From contig NC_083417.1 in NCBI RefSeq assembly GCF_020745735.1, forward strand, positions 64,418,001 through 64,482,000: 64,000 nucleotides of DNA, given 5' to 3'. A program made the position numbers and the translations under genes. The notes beneath the pieces are model-generated. The model worked only from the letters and a program-made list of their open reading frames with translations. It had not been told where the DNA came from and ran no database searches. The stretch comes from Hemiscyllium ocellatum. Lineage: Eukaryota. Below are positions 1 to 13,539 of this stretch, in pieces (the first letter of the stretch is position 1; each line of letters begins with the position of its first letter).

Positions 1-1410
1 CTTGTACGACTGGAGAATTGTGAATGTTGTCCTCTTGTGTGAGAAGTATAAAAAGGGTAATCCAGGTAATTAAAGACTGGCGAGCCTGACATTAGTGATA
101 GGAAAGCTGCTGGAGAAGATACTAAGGGATAGGATCTATTCCCATTTGGAAGAAATGGGCTTATCAGTGACAGGCAACATGGTTTTGTGCTTGGAACATC
201 ATGTCTTACCTACTTTATTGAATGCTTTGACGAAATAACAAAGTTGATTGATGAGGGAAGGAATGTAGATTTTACATACATAGACTCCAGTAAGGCATTT
301 GATAAGGTTCCCAGTAGTAGGCTGATGGAAAAAGTGAAATCACATGGGCTCCATGGTGTACTAGCTAAATGGATGAAGACCTGGCTGGGAAACAGGAGAC
401 AAGAGTAGTTGTAGAGGGGATTTTCTCAAAATGGAGAACTGTGACCAGTGTGTTCCATAGGGATTCATGCTGGAACCACTGTTGTTTGTGATGTACACAA
501 AATGATCTGGAGGAAGATACAGGTGTTCTGATTAGCAAGTTTGCAGATAACACTCAGATTGGCGGAGTAGTGGAGTCTGAGAATGCAGAAGAGTATATAA
601 ATTGGAGAGTTGGGTGGATAAATGGCAGTTGGATTCAATCTGGGAAAATGTGAGGTGATGCATTTTAGAAGATCCAATTCAAAAGCAAACTAGACAAGAA
701 ATGGAAAAGTCCTCGGGAAAATTGATGTACAGAAAGATGTATTTGTTCAGGTCCTCTGTACCCTGCAAGTGGCAATGCAGTTCAATAGAGTGATCAAAAA
801 GGCATACAGTATGCTTTCCTTCATTGGACGGTGTATTGAGTACAACAGTTAGCAGAGCATATTACAATTGTATAAGACATTAGTTTGGCCATATTTGGAA
901 TACAGCGGATAGTTCTGTTCATTACATAACCAAAAGGATATGGATGCTTTGGAGAGGATGCACAGGAGGTTCACTGTGATGTTGCCTGATATGGAGAACA
1001 CGAGCTATGAAGAGTGATTGAGTACATAGTATTATTTTTATTAGAAAGGCGGAGGTCGAGTGGACCTGATTGAGGTCTACAAAATCATGAGATGTAGAGA
1101 CAGAATGGATAGCAAGAAGCTTTTTCCCAGAGTGGTGGACTCAATTACTAGGGGTCATGAGTTCAAAATGCGAGGGGAAATATTTAGGGAGATATGCATG
1201 GAAAGTTCTTTACTTAGAGGGTAATGAGTGCCTGGAACACGTTGCCAGCAGAAATGGTAGGGCCAAGCATAGTACCATCATTTGAAATGTGTCTAGATAA
1301 ATGAATGGACAGGGAGGAGGGGGATACAGCTCCTTAGCAAATAGGTGACAGTTTTATCAGAGGATCTGGATCAGGCTTGGAGGGCTGAAGGGCCTGTTCC
1401 TGTGCTGTGA
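1..1410 (+). mobile_element. CR1-type LINE, 3' part (degraded RT region and 3' end)
   Basis: ORF 187-408 gives CLTYFIECFDEITKLIDEGRNVDFTYIDSSKAFDKVP, a CR1 RT motif. It is followed by SKFADNTQIGG-like sequence, and multiple stops are present. Confidence 0.9.
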
Positions 1411-1479
1411 TTTTATTTGTTCTTTGGTCTTTGTCTCTTTGCATGTCTAACTGTCATACAGCTCCCATTGGTATCCACC

Positions 1480-1800
1480 TGGGAGAAAGTGAGGACTGCA
1501 GGTACTGGAGATCAATGCCAGAAAGTCTGATGCTGGAAAAGCACAGCCTGTCAGGCAGCACAGGAATCATTCCTGATGAAGAGCTTATGCTCGAAACGTC
1601 GATTCTCTTGATCCACCTTGCTTTTCCAGCACCACACTTTTTTAACTCTGGGATCCACCTGTCGAAGACCACGCCGTAACTTTGGCAATATGTACTTTCT
1701 CAGTTCCGAAGACTTCTGAAGTACGATCACTGGATCCGAAACATTAACTCTGCTTTCTTTCCAAAGATGCTGCCAGACCGGCAGAGTTTCTTCAGCTTTT
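1480..1800. mobile_element. Penelope-like terminal-repeat fragment
   Basis: The tgctggaaaagcacagc...caggcagca motif and its inverted counterpart recur at 59024-59434 and 62030-62100. Family assignment is from recall, not a search. Confidence 0.55.
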
Positions 1801-1934
1801 CCGCGTTTGTTCACGCAGTTACTTTCTTTGTTCTGTCATTGACGTTCTTCATAATCATTAACCCGTCGCTTAACCAATTTGTTCGCTCTTGCTTGTGGTA
1901 TTTGTTAGATTTATTTTCTTGGCAACGAGTGGCC

Positions 1935-2083
1935 GGAACTCTTATACATGTTAGAATTGGAAAGCCCGGCATTTTCTGCATGTTGGTAGCAGCTGACATC
2001 CCTTTCTCGACTTCAGTTTAGGTTACAGCGGCATCTTCTGGTCAATTTGAATTCCTAACGTTTGCAAATTCTACTCCAATCAT
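1935..2083 (-). pseudogene. Possible decayed ITIM-bearing cytoplasmic exon relic
   Basis: After a ctgcag acceptor one frame reads MIGVEFANVRNSN*PEDAAVT*TEVEK...ILTCIRV. The three V/L-x-[Y]-x-x-V frames have central codons TTT, TAA and TGT, each one substitution from TAT. Confidence 0.3.
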
Positions 2084-2674
2084 CTGCAGCCTGTCAGAAT
2101 TATCAGACTGGGCATCCATGTAGCTCGAACAGAGATAGAGTCACAGAGATATACAGCAGGGAAACAAACTCTTTAGTCCAACTCGTCTATGCTGACCAGT
2201 CATCCTAAATTACTCTAGTCCTATTTGCCAGCCCTACGTATTCATATGCCCATCCAGGTGCCTTTTAAATATTGTAATAGTAGCAGCTCACTCCATTTCC
2301 TCTGGCAGTTCATTCCATCGAAATGATTTAATGTGTAGATATCATTTTCTGAATAGTACAGGTGTAATTTTGAACAGAATGGATATGAATAAAAAACAAA
2401 AAACATAATTAAAGTATCTATGGAAGTGTACAATGTAATCAATGTAATATTTGTTGCAATAGTACAGAGTATGTTAATATACGAGGAAATGTGATAAATG
2501 AAGGATGAGCATTGCTGGATCACAAAGAATTAGAATTTCAATGATCTGTCGACAGCACGGGTAAAGACATATTTACATTCTAAGCTAGTTCTGGAAAACA
2601 GGTTCTCCAGCTTTATATCGATTCTATAAATACTACTCAACTGCATAGATGTACAACAAACCTGGCCCTCACAC

Positions 2675-2792
2675 CTTCGGTTTTTAGCTGTTTGACGGTG
2701 ACTGTCCAGATATGGTAGAGTAATTTTATTCATTAGTAGCGTCAAACACATAACAGCAAAGTCCAGCCAGTGTCATGCCGCGTCTGAAATGT
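2675..2792 (-). pseudogene. Possible decayed transmembrane exon relic
   Basis: AG/GT-bounded 118-nt segment reading D-ISDAA*HWLDFAVMCLTLLMNKITLPYLDSHRQTAKNR. Start (D), end (NR) and length resemble the 114-nt TM exons of A and B. Confidence 0.25.
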
Positions 2793-3059
2793 CTTCAGGA
2801 ATAGGTAAATCCAGAATCAAGTATTAAACACATTTCGAAATTCCGTTACAATCACCCAACATTCGGGTGAAATAGTTTTAAAGAATAGTCAAATTGTTTG
2901 ATCGTGATTGTGATGAAGTCTCCCTGGGAACAATATTTCTTCCTACGTCGATCTGTATTTCCGAGGTTAGCAAAAGCTGATGAGGTGTTATTTCCTTGTT
3001 TTGGCAGTATGTTTGAGTCTTAGTATCAGTGAATGATTGAAATAATAATTCAGGTTCAG

Positions 3060-3430
3060 TTATTAGACATATGTCTGGAAAAAAATCAGAAAGTTATTAG
3101 AGTCATACAGCTCGGAAACAGACACTTCAGTCGAATCAGTCCACGCCAAACATAACTCTAAACTGAACAAGTCCCTCCTGTTTACTCCTCGTTCATGTAT
3201 CTCTAAACTATTCTTAATCATGTATTTATCCAAATGTTTGTTAACGTTGTAACTATACCCACAATCCACCACTTCCTCAAGAAGTTCATTCCACACACTT
3301 AACCATGTTCTATGTTAATAAAAAACTTGCCCTCCATGTACTTTTTAAATCTTCCTCCTCTCACCTTAAAAATGTGCCTCCGAGTTTTGAAATCCCCCAT
3401 CCTAGAGAAAAGATACCTGTCAATAACGCT
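3060..3430 (-). mobile_element. CR1 LINE 3' fragment
   Basis: Minus ORF WNELLEEVVDCG...KHLDKYM matches the CR1 ORF2 C-terminus. Confidence 0.75.
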
Positions 3431-4311
3431 CACTATTTTGCTTTTTTACTGACAGTGTTCTGAACCCCAGCTCTTGCAACAAGAAATAATTGTTGCCACA
3501 TCACCTCAAAGCTATAGACCATTGTGAACTGGCAACAGACTGGTTTGAAAGTGAATGTGTTTGATCAGCTGTTCAGGACTTGCTGCAAAGCACAATTTTT
3601 CAGATGCAGTTACACAGAAAGCCAAACGAATTCTCATTTGAGTCTGAAGTATTCTTATGTTTTGAAAAGCAGAATGTGTTGCTATTTAAAACATTCAGAT
3701 GACCTTGAATAGAGGATGTTCTCAATGCAATAGCACTCTCTATAAACTTGGTAGATTTATGCAGCTTTCCCTCACCGTCAAAGTTGTATTATGAAACGTC
3801 GATGTAATATACAAATTGCTGTGCCACTTACAGAAGATACTGCGTAAAAAAAAATCACTTGTTTATAAAACATCTTTGAACGTCTTGGAATTCGGAAAAG
3901 CACGATTGAAAGCTCGTTTTTTTTATTAGTTTCCTGAGTAAGCCTCCCTTTATTGTCTTTAACAAAAGGGCAACGATTCTAACCATCCTGTTATATTAGT
4001 AAATGGTCATAAATTAAATTTCCTGTTTACTGAACAAGATTGTCTCCTGTTGCCTAATTGGTTGCAATCTCAAATGAACGTGTTAATATTGAGTATAAGA
4101 CCACTAAAATGTGTAAAACTGTACATCCTGATATTATGAAGAAGAATGGGAACATCTGGTTTGTGCAACGAATCATATTGCCTTGGCAACAGCGGTATCA
4201 AGGTGGGGAAGGCTAAAGTTTGTGGGCGTTTTGAGAACCAGCCAGTGACTCAGACAATATATATGAAAGATTTGGAGATGCCAGTGTTGGACTGCGGTGT
4301 ACAAAGTTAAC

Positions 4312-4467
4312 AATCACACAACACCAGGTTATAGTCCAACAAGTTTAATTGGAAGCACACTAGCTTTCGGATTGACATTCCTTCATCAGGTGATGAAGGG
4401 GTGTCGCTCCGAAACCTAGTGTGCTTCCAATTAAACCTGTTGGACTATAACCTGGTGTTGTGTGATT
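4312..4467. repeat. Long palindrome (~75-bp arms) from inverted Penelope-like terminal repeat
   Basis: aatcacacaacaccaggttatagtccaac... is mirrored by ...gttggactataacctggtgttgtgtgatt, centred on ccttcatcaggtgatgaagg. A shorter copy lies at ~36788-36927. Confidence 0.8.
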
Positions 4468-4989
4468 TTTAAATATATATGAAGTGAGAGTAGACAAGGG
4501 GTATAGCAAATGAGTATGAACATGCTTACAGAAAGTTTGGAAGCAGGGGACTGAGTTCTGTTGAAAGATAAATGTTGTGTTTATCCATAGATGTTAGGAT
4601 TCGATAAAGTTAAAAGCTGATAAGTTATTGAGTCTTTTGGCTTATGGAGCATACCATCATGGTCAGAAAGCTTATGAGTTTAGGAAAAAGAATCAGGAAG
4701 AGATGGAGAAGTTGAAAAACAATAGCAGCAATTGCAGAAAAAATGTGAGATAAATGGTTTAAAGAGGCTGATCCATACTTTATAATGATGAGCAAAACAA
4801 TCAGTTACTGTAATGCAATAACAGAGTGATTCCAACTTGCATGCTGAACCTGTTTTGGTTGAGATGTAGCAACATAAAACTTGCTGAGCAAAACAAGACA
4901 GATGAGAGTCTCCCACAGGAGTAAATGGTATCCCAGAAAAATAAGCTCACAGAGAAATGTATTATTTCTGTTCGAATTTAGGATGTTGG

Positions 4990-6450
4990 ATTAAGGGGAA
5001 ATTTTGCAGACAACAGGAAGTTGTCACAGCCAAGACGAATGGAGGCAACGTCTTATATCACAATAAGCATATTTTTCGTTGATGTTTCTGATTCCAAATA
5101 TAATTATTTCTGTACTTCTCACACCAACTGTGGGAGTCATTCAGCCTTCCCTATACCTACCAGCCTTTCCTTTCAACGGAATAGGAATATACATTCTCTG
5201 GATTCTCGTTATCTCATTTTTGAAGGTTTCCCAATTTCCAGCCATCTCTTTACCTGCGAAATCTGCCTTCAATCAGCTTTTGAAAGTTCATGCCTAACAC
5301 GGTTAAAATTGGCCTTTCTACAATTTAGAACTTCAACTTTTAGATCTGGTCTATCCTTTTCCATCCGTATTTTAAATCTATTAGAATTATGGTGGCTTGA
5401 TCCAAAGTGCTCCCCCACTGACAACTCAGTCACCTGCCCTGCCTTATTTCCTAAGAGTAGGTCAAGTTTTGCACACTCTCTAGCAGGTACACCGACATAC
5501 TGAATCAGAAAATTTTCTTGGACACGCTTCACAAATTCCTCTCCACCTAGAGGAGCTCTCCTTACAAGTTTGCTTCTCAGTTTCCCTCTGACAATGAGGG
5601 GGTCTATAATACAACCCCAATAAGACGATAATCTCCTTTTTATTTCTCAGTTCCACCCAAATTACTTCTCTGGATGCATTTCCAGGAGTATCCTCCCACA
5701 ACACAACTGTAATGCTACCACTTATCAAAAATGCTTACCCGCATCCCTCCTCTCTTGCCTCCCTTACTATCCTACCTGTAGCATTTGTAACCTGGAACAT
5801 TAATCTACCAGTCCTACCCATCCCTGAATCATGTTAATAAAACCTGTAAAACCTTTATCCATGCACTCCAATTTGATTGGCTAATTTCCTCTCTGGCACC
5901 TTATCAAAGGCCTTCTGAAACACCAAAAACACCATATCCGCTTGTTGTCCTTCATGCATGCCACTATACAATCCTCAAAACACTCCAATAGCTTTTTCAA
6001 ACATTATATCCCTATCATCATTCCATTGTGACAATGTTCTATTTTACCATTATTTTCGAAGTATCCAGAGATGGCAAACAAATATATTAAATAGGAGAAG
6101 AAATAGACCATTCAGTTCTTTTGAATCATTAAATATTCAGTTTGTGTTTCAAATTCTGCATTCCGTATTACTCCTATTTCCCTTTAATTCTTCTACCTAA
6201 AATAAATCCATCTATTTCTGAAGAATAGTCGATGATCTCACCTCTACCAACTTCTGATAGATATGAAATTCCACAAACTTCTGAGACAAAGAAATTCCCT
6301 CATCTCTGGTCTAAAGAACAACCCCCAAATTTAAAGAAACATCCCTCGTTTTGGATTCTCTCACAAAAGGAAACATCCCCTTCATATTCAACTTATCAAG
6401 AAAATGTGTGATCTATCCACCAAATGGTGTCTACAGGATCTCCTCTATCC
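4990..6450 (-). mobile_element. CR1 LINE fragments (endonuclease region, RT and 3' pieces)
   Basis: Minus ORFs VQENFLIQYVGVPARECAKLDLLLGNKAGQV and WVELRNKKEIIVLLGLYYRPP. Duplicated at 37420-38900. Confidence 0.85.
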
Positions 6451-6799
6451 ACAGCAAGCATTACTCCTTCAAAGAATTCTGGCAAAATAATTACTCATGG
6501 GTTCTCTTTGATATAACCATTCTGACTCTTCCTGATGGCCAAGAATTTCTGTTCACAACTGTAGAAGATGAGCATTGGCCTTATATGTCACCAAAGTATC
6601 TTGATGTGTGAAAAAGGTAATTACAACAATGCTGCATAATGACACACAGTAAATTCAAGCACACTTTTCCATATTTCAGACAATGGAAGTTACCAAGCTG
6701 AAGGCTGTTTGGAAAGTTAAACTATCATATATTTTTGATAAAAGCTGCAAAAAAGGTTAAACCGGTACCAACTAATCATTTTGAGTTTGCCATCATCTG

Positions 6800-7200
6800 G
6801 AAAAACAGAAGAAATTTAAAAATTAATGCCTGCTTCACTGACTCTCTACTCAAAGAGGTTTAGAACAAATAATAAGAATGACAATCTGCAGCATGTCACT
6901 TGGTGTTTCCGCAACAGCAAGGCAAGTGGAATATTTGTCCAAAGACATCACTCGGCAACTATACAAGGACCTGAAGGAATGTAAATACTTCACATTACAA
7001 TTCCATGAATCCATCGCTATGACGGACTTATATCAACTCATCACTTTTTTGTACATGGTTTTTAAAGACATATTAAGTAAAGACAATATTCTCAATATTT
7101 TGCCCAATGGAGAGAGAATAAGGAATGAGAATATTGATAACTAATTCAGAAAGTACAAGCTTGGAAAATCATTCCAGTCAATAAACCTGTTTCCATCTCA
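6800..7200 (+). mobile_element. hAT (Charlie/Buster, GTF2IRD2/EPM2AIP1-like) transposase relic
   Basis: ORF 6878-7144 SLGVSATARQVEYLSKDITRQLYKDLKECKYFTLQFHES...QLITFLYMVF resembles the hAT N-terminal catalytic FSLQLDESTD region. Confidence 0.7.
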
Positions 7201-7519
7201 ACGGATGGTGCACCATCCAAGCTTGGCGCTTGTTGGATTTTGCAGATTTATTCTTGATTTTGCCTCTTTCATTAATTGTAACTGTGTATTACATTCAGCT
7301 CAGTTGGCTGGTTTGCATTGTAGAGTGATACCAACAGTCTGGATTCAATCACTGCACTGGCTGAGGTTACCAGGAAGGATTCTCCTCCACAACCTTTCCC
7401 TTGGCCCAAGGTGTGATGATCTTCAGGTAAAATCAGCACTAAACATCTCTCTATAAGGAAGGAGAAGACCTATGGACTGATAAGAATCCAATGATTCCTG
7501 TATATCACATTCAACATAA

Positions 7520-7870
7520 TGTAAATTCTTAATTGTGGTTGGGTATAGCGCTCTACAGCAAGGCATTTATCATCGTTCCTCATAGGACACTAGTTAGTAA
7601 GATTACTTCACATGGAAGCCAGGGAGAGCTAGCCATGTGAATACAGAATTGGCTCGAAGATGGAAGACAAAGGGTCATGGTGGAGAATTGTTTTTCAGAC
7701 TGGAGGCCTGCGAGCAGTTTTGTGCTGCAAGGATTGGTGTTGGGTCCATTGCATTATAATATTTACATAAATGATTTGGATGTGAATATAAAGTAATGAT
7801 CAGTAAGTCCACAGGTAACACCGAAATTACTGGTATAGTGGACAGTGAAAAAGGTTATAGTGGAGAGTAA
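7520..7870 (+). mobile_element. CR1 RT fragment
   Basis: Encodes WLEDGRQRVMVENCFSDWRP...VLQGLVLGPL-type sequence. Duplicated at ~39640-39990. Confidence 0.75.
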
Positions 7871-8279
7871 AGAAGATTATCTCCTTTTTGAAAGATTTTG
7901 AACTGCTAGGAGCAAAATCAGAAAGCAAAACGTCCAAATAACTTTAACAAAATCAAACAACTGTGAATGTTGGAATTTAGAAACAAAAACAGAAATTTCT
8001 GGAAAAATCAGCAATTTACCTGCACTTCACTCAATCTAGTCAATTGTATTCGTTGCTCACAATGTCTAACAATGAGGCTTATTGGTGGCATATAGATAAC
8101 TCCCATCCATGACTTCATTACAATGCTCTTTGTTGTTACCACTCAAACTGAATCCACTTCAGGATGCATTTCATTGGAAATCTCACCAGTCACTATCACT
8201 CTGATATTTGCCTTTATTAAACCTGCCTCATCTCCTTTTCTAACTTGTCTATTCTTCGAGAACATTGAATAGCCTTGAA

Positions 8280-9561
8280 TTTAAAAACACACAACACCAG
8301 GTTATAATCCAAAAGGTTTATTTGCTCCTTCATCTGGCAGTTTTGGAGAAGGATCATAAGACTCAGAAAGCATGGCAAAAGGTTACAGTGTAATGCAACT
8401 GAAATGACATCTTGAACACACTTAGATTGCTGTTAAGTCTTTCAACTTTTAGAATAGGTTGCGGGTTTCGGTTCATTAGTATGTAACTCCCAGAACTACT
8501 TGTAGGTTAAATTCATGAAATAACTTAAGGTTTTATTTTTTAAAAGGTGGCATCTCAGCTCAGAAAATGCATTGAAGGTGGAACGTTAGAGTCTGTATGC
8601 TAATGTTGAGTCAGATTAGTTCTAACTTATGAGATAGTCGACATTGGCCAAGTCACAAGAGTGTCTGCTGCAAACATGGCAGATGGTGTCCCCCTATGTA
8701 ATGATAGTATCTGTGTCGACATTCAGACACTTTGGCAGTGGTTGCCATGACAGAGTAGTACGCTGTTGCGTTCGATGTTGTTCTGAAAACTGGGCAGTTT
8801 GCTACGCACAATGATATGCTTTAGGTTTAGGGGTTGTTTAAGGTGTGAATTGGAGGCAAAAGGAAAGGTTTGGGCGAGATGCTCACCCTCATCGAAAATG
8901 TTTTGCAGGCAGTGATGAACATGGTGTAGTGTTCCCCGTTCTGGGAACTATTGGACAACGAAGGGTACCCTGTCAGTTGCATCCCATGTCTGTCTCTTGA
9001 GGAGGTCATTACAGTTTCTCACTGAGGCACGTCAGAACTAGCGATCAATGAGTTGAGCATTTGTTCTTATGAGGGTACCCTTGAGCACCTTCAGCTATTT
9101 GCCATGCTTCTCCTCCTCTGAGCAGATCCTGTGCACCCGTCGGGCTCAACCATAGAGGATGGTTGTTTAAATAGGATGAATAGCTTCTAGGGTGGAAGGT
9201 AGAGAAGTGTAACATCGTGAGGCTATCCATTAGTTTGCAGCAGAATGAGATGCTGAGGTGCCCACCTTTGATGGAGATGCATATATCCAAGAATGAAACT
9301 CATACTGAAGAGTAGTCCATGGTAACTCTGATGGTGGGATGAAACTCGTCGACATCACTGTGTAGTTGTTTCAGTGATACTTTGTCATGGGTCCAGAGGA
9401 TGTCATTATCGTATCAGTCAATGGGACCCAGTCTGACTATGTCAAAGGCAACTTGAAATCCATCGTACATGGGACTCCAGCTCCAATTGCAACACTACAG
9501 ATTTGTAACACAAACTCAGTACCCGCAGATTTGTGAGAGTGTGTCACATGCACACGGTCAC

Positions 9562-9618
<57 letters not shown>

Positions 9619-10210
9619 GCTCATGCACGTGCACACACATATAATTCTATATGGTGAAGTTGCATTTGCAAAATGATATTTGCAGATACTTCCCATTTTG
9701 CTCAAATAATGCACAAATTGCATACAGTCAATGGAGGTAGTCAATCTAGACCATATTTTGGAAATGGAACCAGTCTGATTCAAGATTGGGATACAGACAC
9801 ATCTTTATACCTTTAATGAATCGCCTGAGTTGAGATATCACCTTTAAGAAAAATTGAAGAAATCTCGAGAATTTAACTTAAAAGAAGTTCTGGGATTTAC
9901 ATATATATGAACTGAAACCTGAAACCATTCTAAAAGATGAAATACTGAAATACAGTCGGGATTTGTTCAAGATATCATTTTACTTGCATTACAATGTAAC
10001 CTTTAGTTATAAATTCTGAGTCTTATGGTCTTGCGCCACAATTACCGGATGAAGGAGCAGTGCCCTGAAAGCTAGTGCTTCCAAATACTGATGAACCTGT
10101 TGGATATAACCTAGTGTTGCATAATTTTTTTTAACTTTGTACACCCCAGTCCAATACTGGCTCCTCCACATCATAGCCCTGAATTTGGTTTTGTCAAACT
10201 TGGACACTGT
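8280..10210 (-). mobile_element. Penelope-like (RT / GIY-YIG) element remnant with inverted terminal part
   Basis: Minus ORF 9045-9290 DICISIKGGHLSISFCCKLMDSLTMLHFSTFHP matches the Penelope RT thumb region and is followed by GIY-YIG-like sequence. Duplicated at ~40400-42300. Confidence 0.75.
9564..9614. repeat. (CT)n microsatellite
   Basis: Direct reading. A shorter orthologous tract lies at ~41676-41705. Confidence 0.95.
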
Positions 10211-11149
10211 GCAAGCACGTCCCTGTCATGGCTGTTAGCTCATTTTATGCTTTCAACTTTTTTCTCTTGTTAGTTTAGCTTTATGAAAAACCTGTCTGAC
10301 TGTCAGATTCATCAGCTATCGTAAAGTCCTCGCCCAGAACTAAATCAGCTACTCACGTGTGAGTTCAAATTGGAATATGACTTCAGTTTGAAGGTGCATT
10401 ATCTGTTTTCATTCTATTTGACTTTACCACCTTTCTTTCAAAGTATACCTTAGCGATTCAGTTTGTGCATATATTCAAGTTTTGAGATCCCAGGAATTAG
10501 TCTGGAAAAGCTTTGTTGAATTCCATCTTTTGCGAGATCATACTTTTTTATAACCAGATACCAAAGCTGCACAGAATGTTCCTGGATTGGTCTCACTAAT
10601 GACCTGTACATTTGCGGTATACATCCCTGCAACACCCTTCTTGCAGGGATATATACCGCAATCTGACCACCACCGCCGCACTTCCCACGCCACCTGATTT
10701 CCTGGTTTCACTACGAAATGGTAAGCTCATGTTTACCTGAAAGACAACCATTTCTGCAATCTCCTTGCAGCTAACTCTCACATTAAGGCCATCTGCAAAC
10801 ATATGGAATTTACATTTCCATGGCTTCCGAATGCATTAATACACATTGAGCATAGCCGAGGTCAAAGCTCTGACTGCTATGCTATGAATCACTGAGCGAC
10901 ACTTGGAAAATAAAGTAAGCATAGCCTCTCGATGCTTCTTGTCTGCCAAACAGTTCTTTATTAAGGCCAAACCTATTCCTGACATAATGTCATGATGAAA
11001 TTGTTGTATCAAGCCACTTTATTGCAAGAAATGATATACTTCAACTTCATTGAAATATTTCCAAACCAATTTGTACAGCAAATGCATTAATTAAGTTGAA
11101 ACTTAATGTACAAAATGAACAGAGGCAAGGTATTGAAAAACGCAATCTA

Positions 11150-11490
11150 TGTTCATGTTTGTAGCCTCATTGCCAGGGACCCAGTTTCGAATCCACTCTC
11201 GGGCGACTGTCTTCTATATGCAGTTTGCACAATTTCCCCGAGTTTGCATGGGTTTCGTTCGGGTGCACCGGCTTCCTGCCGCGGTCCAGAGATGTGCAGG
11301 TTAGGTGAATTAGCCATGGGAACTTGCCCACAGTGTTCAGGGATGTCTAGATTTACGTGCATTAGTCATGGGAAATATAAAGTAATAGGGTAGGGAAATA
11401 GGTCTGAGTGGAATATTTTTCAGAGGGTCATTGTGGTCGCGTTGGGCCGAATGCCCTGTTTCCACACTGTAGAGATTCTATGATTCTAAA
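11150..11490 (+). mobile_element. tRNA-derived HE1-type SINE (old)
   Basis: gagtttgcatgggttt...gatgtgcaggttaggtgaatt core. Duplicate at 50755-51070. Confidence 0.75.
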
Positions 11491-13539
11491 ATTGGGACTC
11501 GCACTAAGTAATGAAATACTGAGTACAAAATTTCCACTTTGGTATTTTTGCCTTGCAATTGAGCTATTCAGGATTAAAAGCTTACAGTCGAAGCATTATT
11601 TATGACAGGCACAAATGCCGAGGCTTCCCTACTAAATGTCCAAGAGGAACAATTTCCATACTTGGGCAGGCTCCCTCCTATGAAACCAGAGCCAACGCTC
11701 ACACACACTGATAGGGACAGGGAGGTACAAATTGCTGGGAAAATTTTGAGCAATTGGTTATGTTGACACTGTCCCGTGAAACATCCTGACACATTTCCTT
11801 TGCCTTTCAGTACAAAACTGCAAGTGTCAATTAATTTTGTTCATACCTTTGAGATAAGGACGACACATGGGTCAATGGCTTCATTGTTGCCAGGCGTTGG
11901 GAGGGTTTAGTTATGGGTATCTATGTGATATGCTTTCTCTGATAAAGATTCCTACAGCCCCCTGCTGCACAAGTGGAGACACTCATTCTCTATATTCTTT
12001 GCCATTGTGATTCACATTGCCCAGCTCAGAATTCCAGCAAGATCGAAGAAAACAGTGGTACATTGAAATATGAGGTGACCATACCAGGCATGGTCTTACA
12101 CTTATCCTCCCCTTTGCCACAGTGACCGTTACGACAGATGAACCACTTTTCTCCCTGACTCCTTTTCAAACTGTCCTTTTGTATGGCGTGGTCATTCAAA
12201 CACAATTGCTGCAACCCTTTCACAATTGTCAGTCCTCCTTTCCCCACTTTGCCTGAAGCATCCAGACTGCATGATCAGATTGCCATGACTCCTTCAAGTG
12301 ACAACAGTCTCCCTATGTTGGTCCCAGGTGAACATAGATACCATTCTCGACTACTCAATACTTCAGCTATGATCAGCCATTGAATAAGATCATGAACGAT
12401 CAAATTATAGCTTCGATTTTTCATTCCCTTGGTCATCAACAATCTAACAATTTCTGCTTTAAATTATTTTAAGATACTATATCCACTGCTTTTTGAGCAA
12501 AGGGATTCACACTCCTAAGAACATAAGAATATAAGAGCCACAAGCAGGTAAAACCAATGCCATCCCTCCATTCAGCTCCGCTATTCGACACAAACATGAT
12601 TGATTTCCTCTTGTCCTCAACTCCATTTTCCTGCTCCCTCCCTATTACTCATTCATCCTCTGAGACATTTTCATTTTTCATAACACTTTCCGTTTAGTTT
12701 CCATGAACGGACTGATTAGGACAGCTCAGGTCAAGTTGTGGCCAGATTCTTCACTCATGTACATCAGTCTCCCGAGTAGTTTTAATCCCACCCTTGGACT
12801 AATCTCCGTGAAGCTACAGGACTGGCGATATTCCAGTCCTTCGACTGCAGACTCTGACCATGACCAACCTGATCAGGGACCTCACTTTTCCTTGTCCTTT
12901 AAAATTGTATTAGAGATTGCTCTTCACTTCATGTTCCAAATCATCCTGAATGCTAAGAATCAGCAAGGTTTTGAGACATGGCTGCCTGCTGGCTACGCAC
13001 GATGTGCCTTTGGCTCATAAACTGTTGGCACTGATTGTTGGGTTAGACTGATAGAGCACATTGCCGACATCAGGTTCAATGTCCTATTGATAAAGAATTG
13101 CTCATCTGCAAGACAAAGTTGCACGGCTTTGAGGCCTCGCTCATAGTAGGGTAAAGCATAGATTCTGAGATGATGCAAGAGGTCAGTAACTGAATGCACG
13201 AGAAGTGAGCAAGCGAGGCAGCATGCCTTGTACTCAAAGTTTCTTTCCACCCGACTTTCAACACAGGTCATTGGTGCTCTTGACAAAAACTAAGTAAAAT
13301 TAATCTGGTATTAGAGTACAAGGACTAACTATTGCTATCTGATAAATCGCAGCAATGCTTATACATGGAGAAGTGAAATTTAACACGCCTAAAGATGAAA
13401 TCCGAAAAAAAGTGCAATCAAAACACGTCCAAGAATCTTCTGCGTCTTATTTGTTACAGCTTGCTTTTTCTTGCTGGTGCATAGTTATCTTTTGCTCATT
13501 TTCGTCTTCAGTCTGCAGCGCTGCACACTCTGTGCCATC

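Noticed and set aside
11500-11820. Faint V-domain-like words (RDSVNIT.C, WFHR) on the minus strand, also at 51100-51370
   Set aside because: Needs several frameshifts, has no YxC or J motif and is not distinguishable from chance.
12026-12247. Cys-rich minus ORF (ICRNGHCGKGEDKCKT) suggestive of a Ly6/three-finger domain
   Set aside because: Too few cysteines for an LU domain, in-frame stops in the duplicate (~51750-51800) and no convincing splice context.
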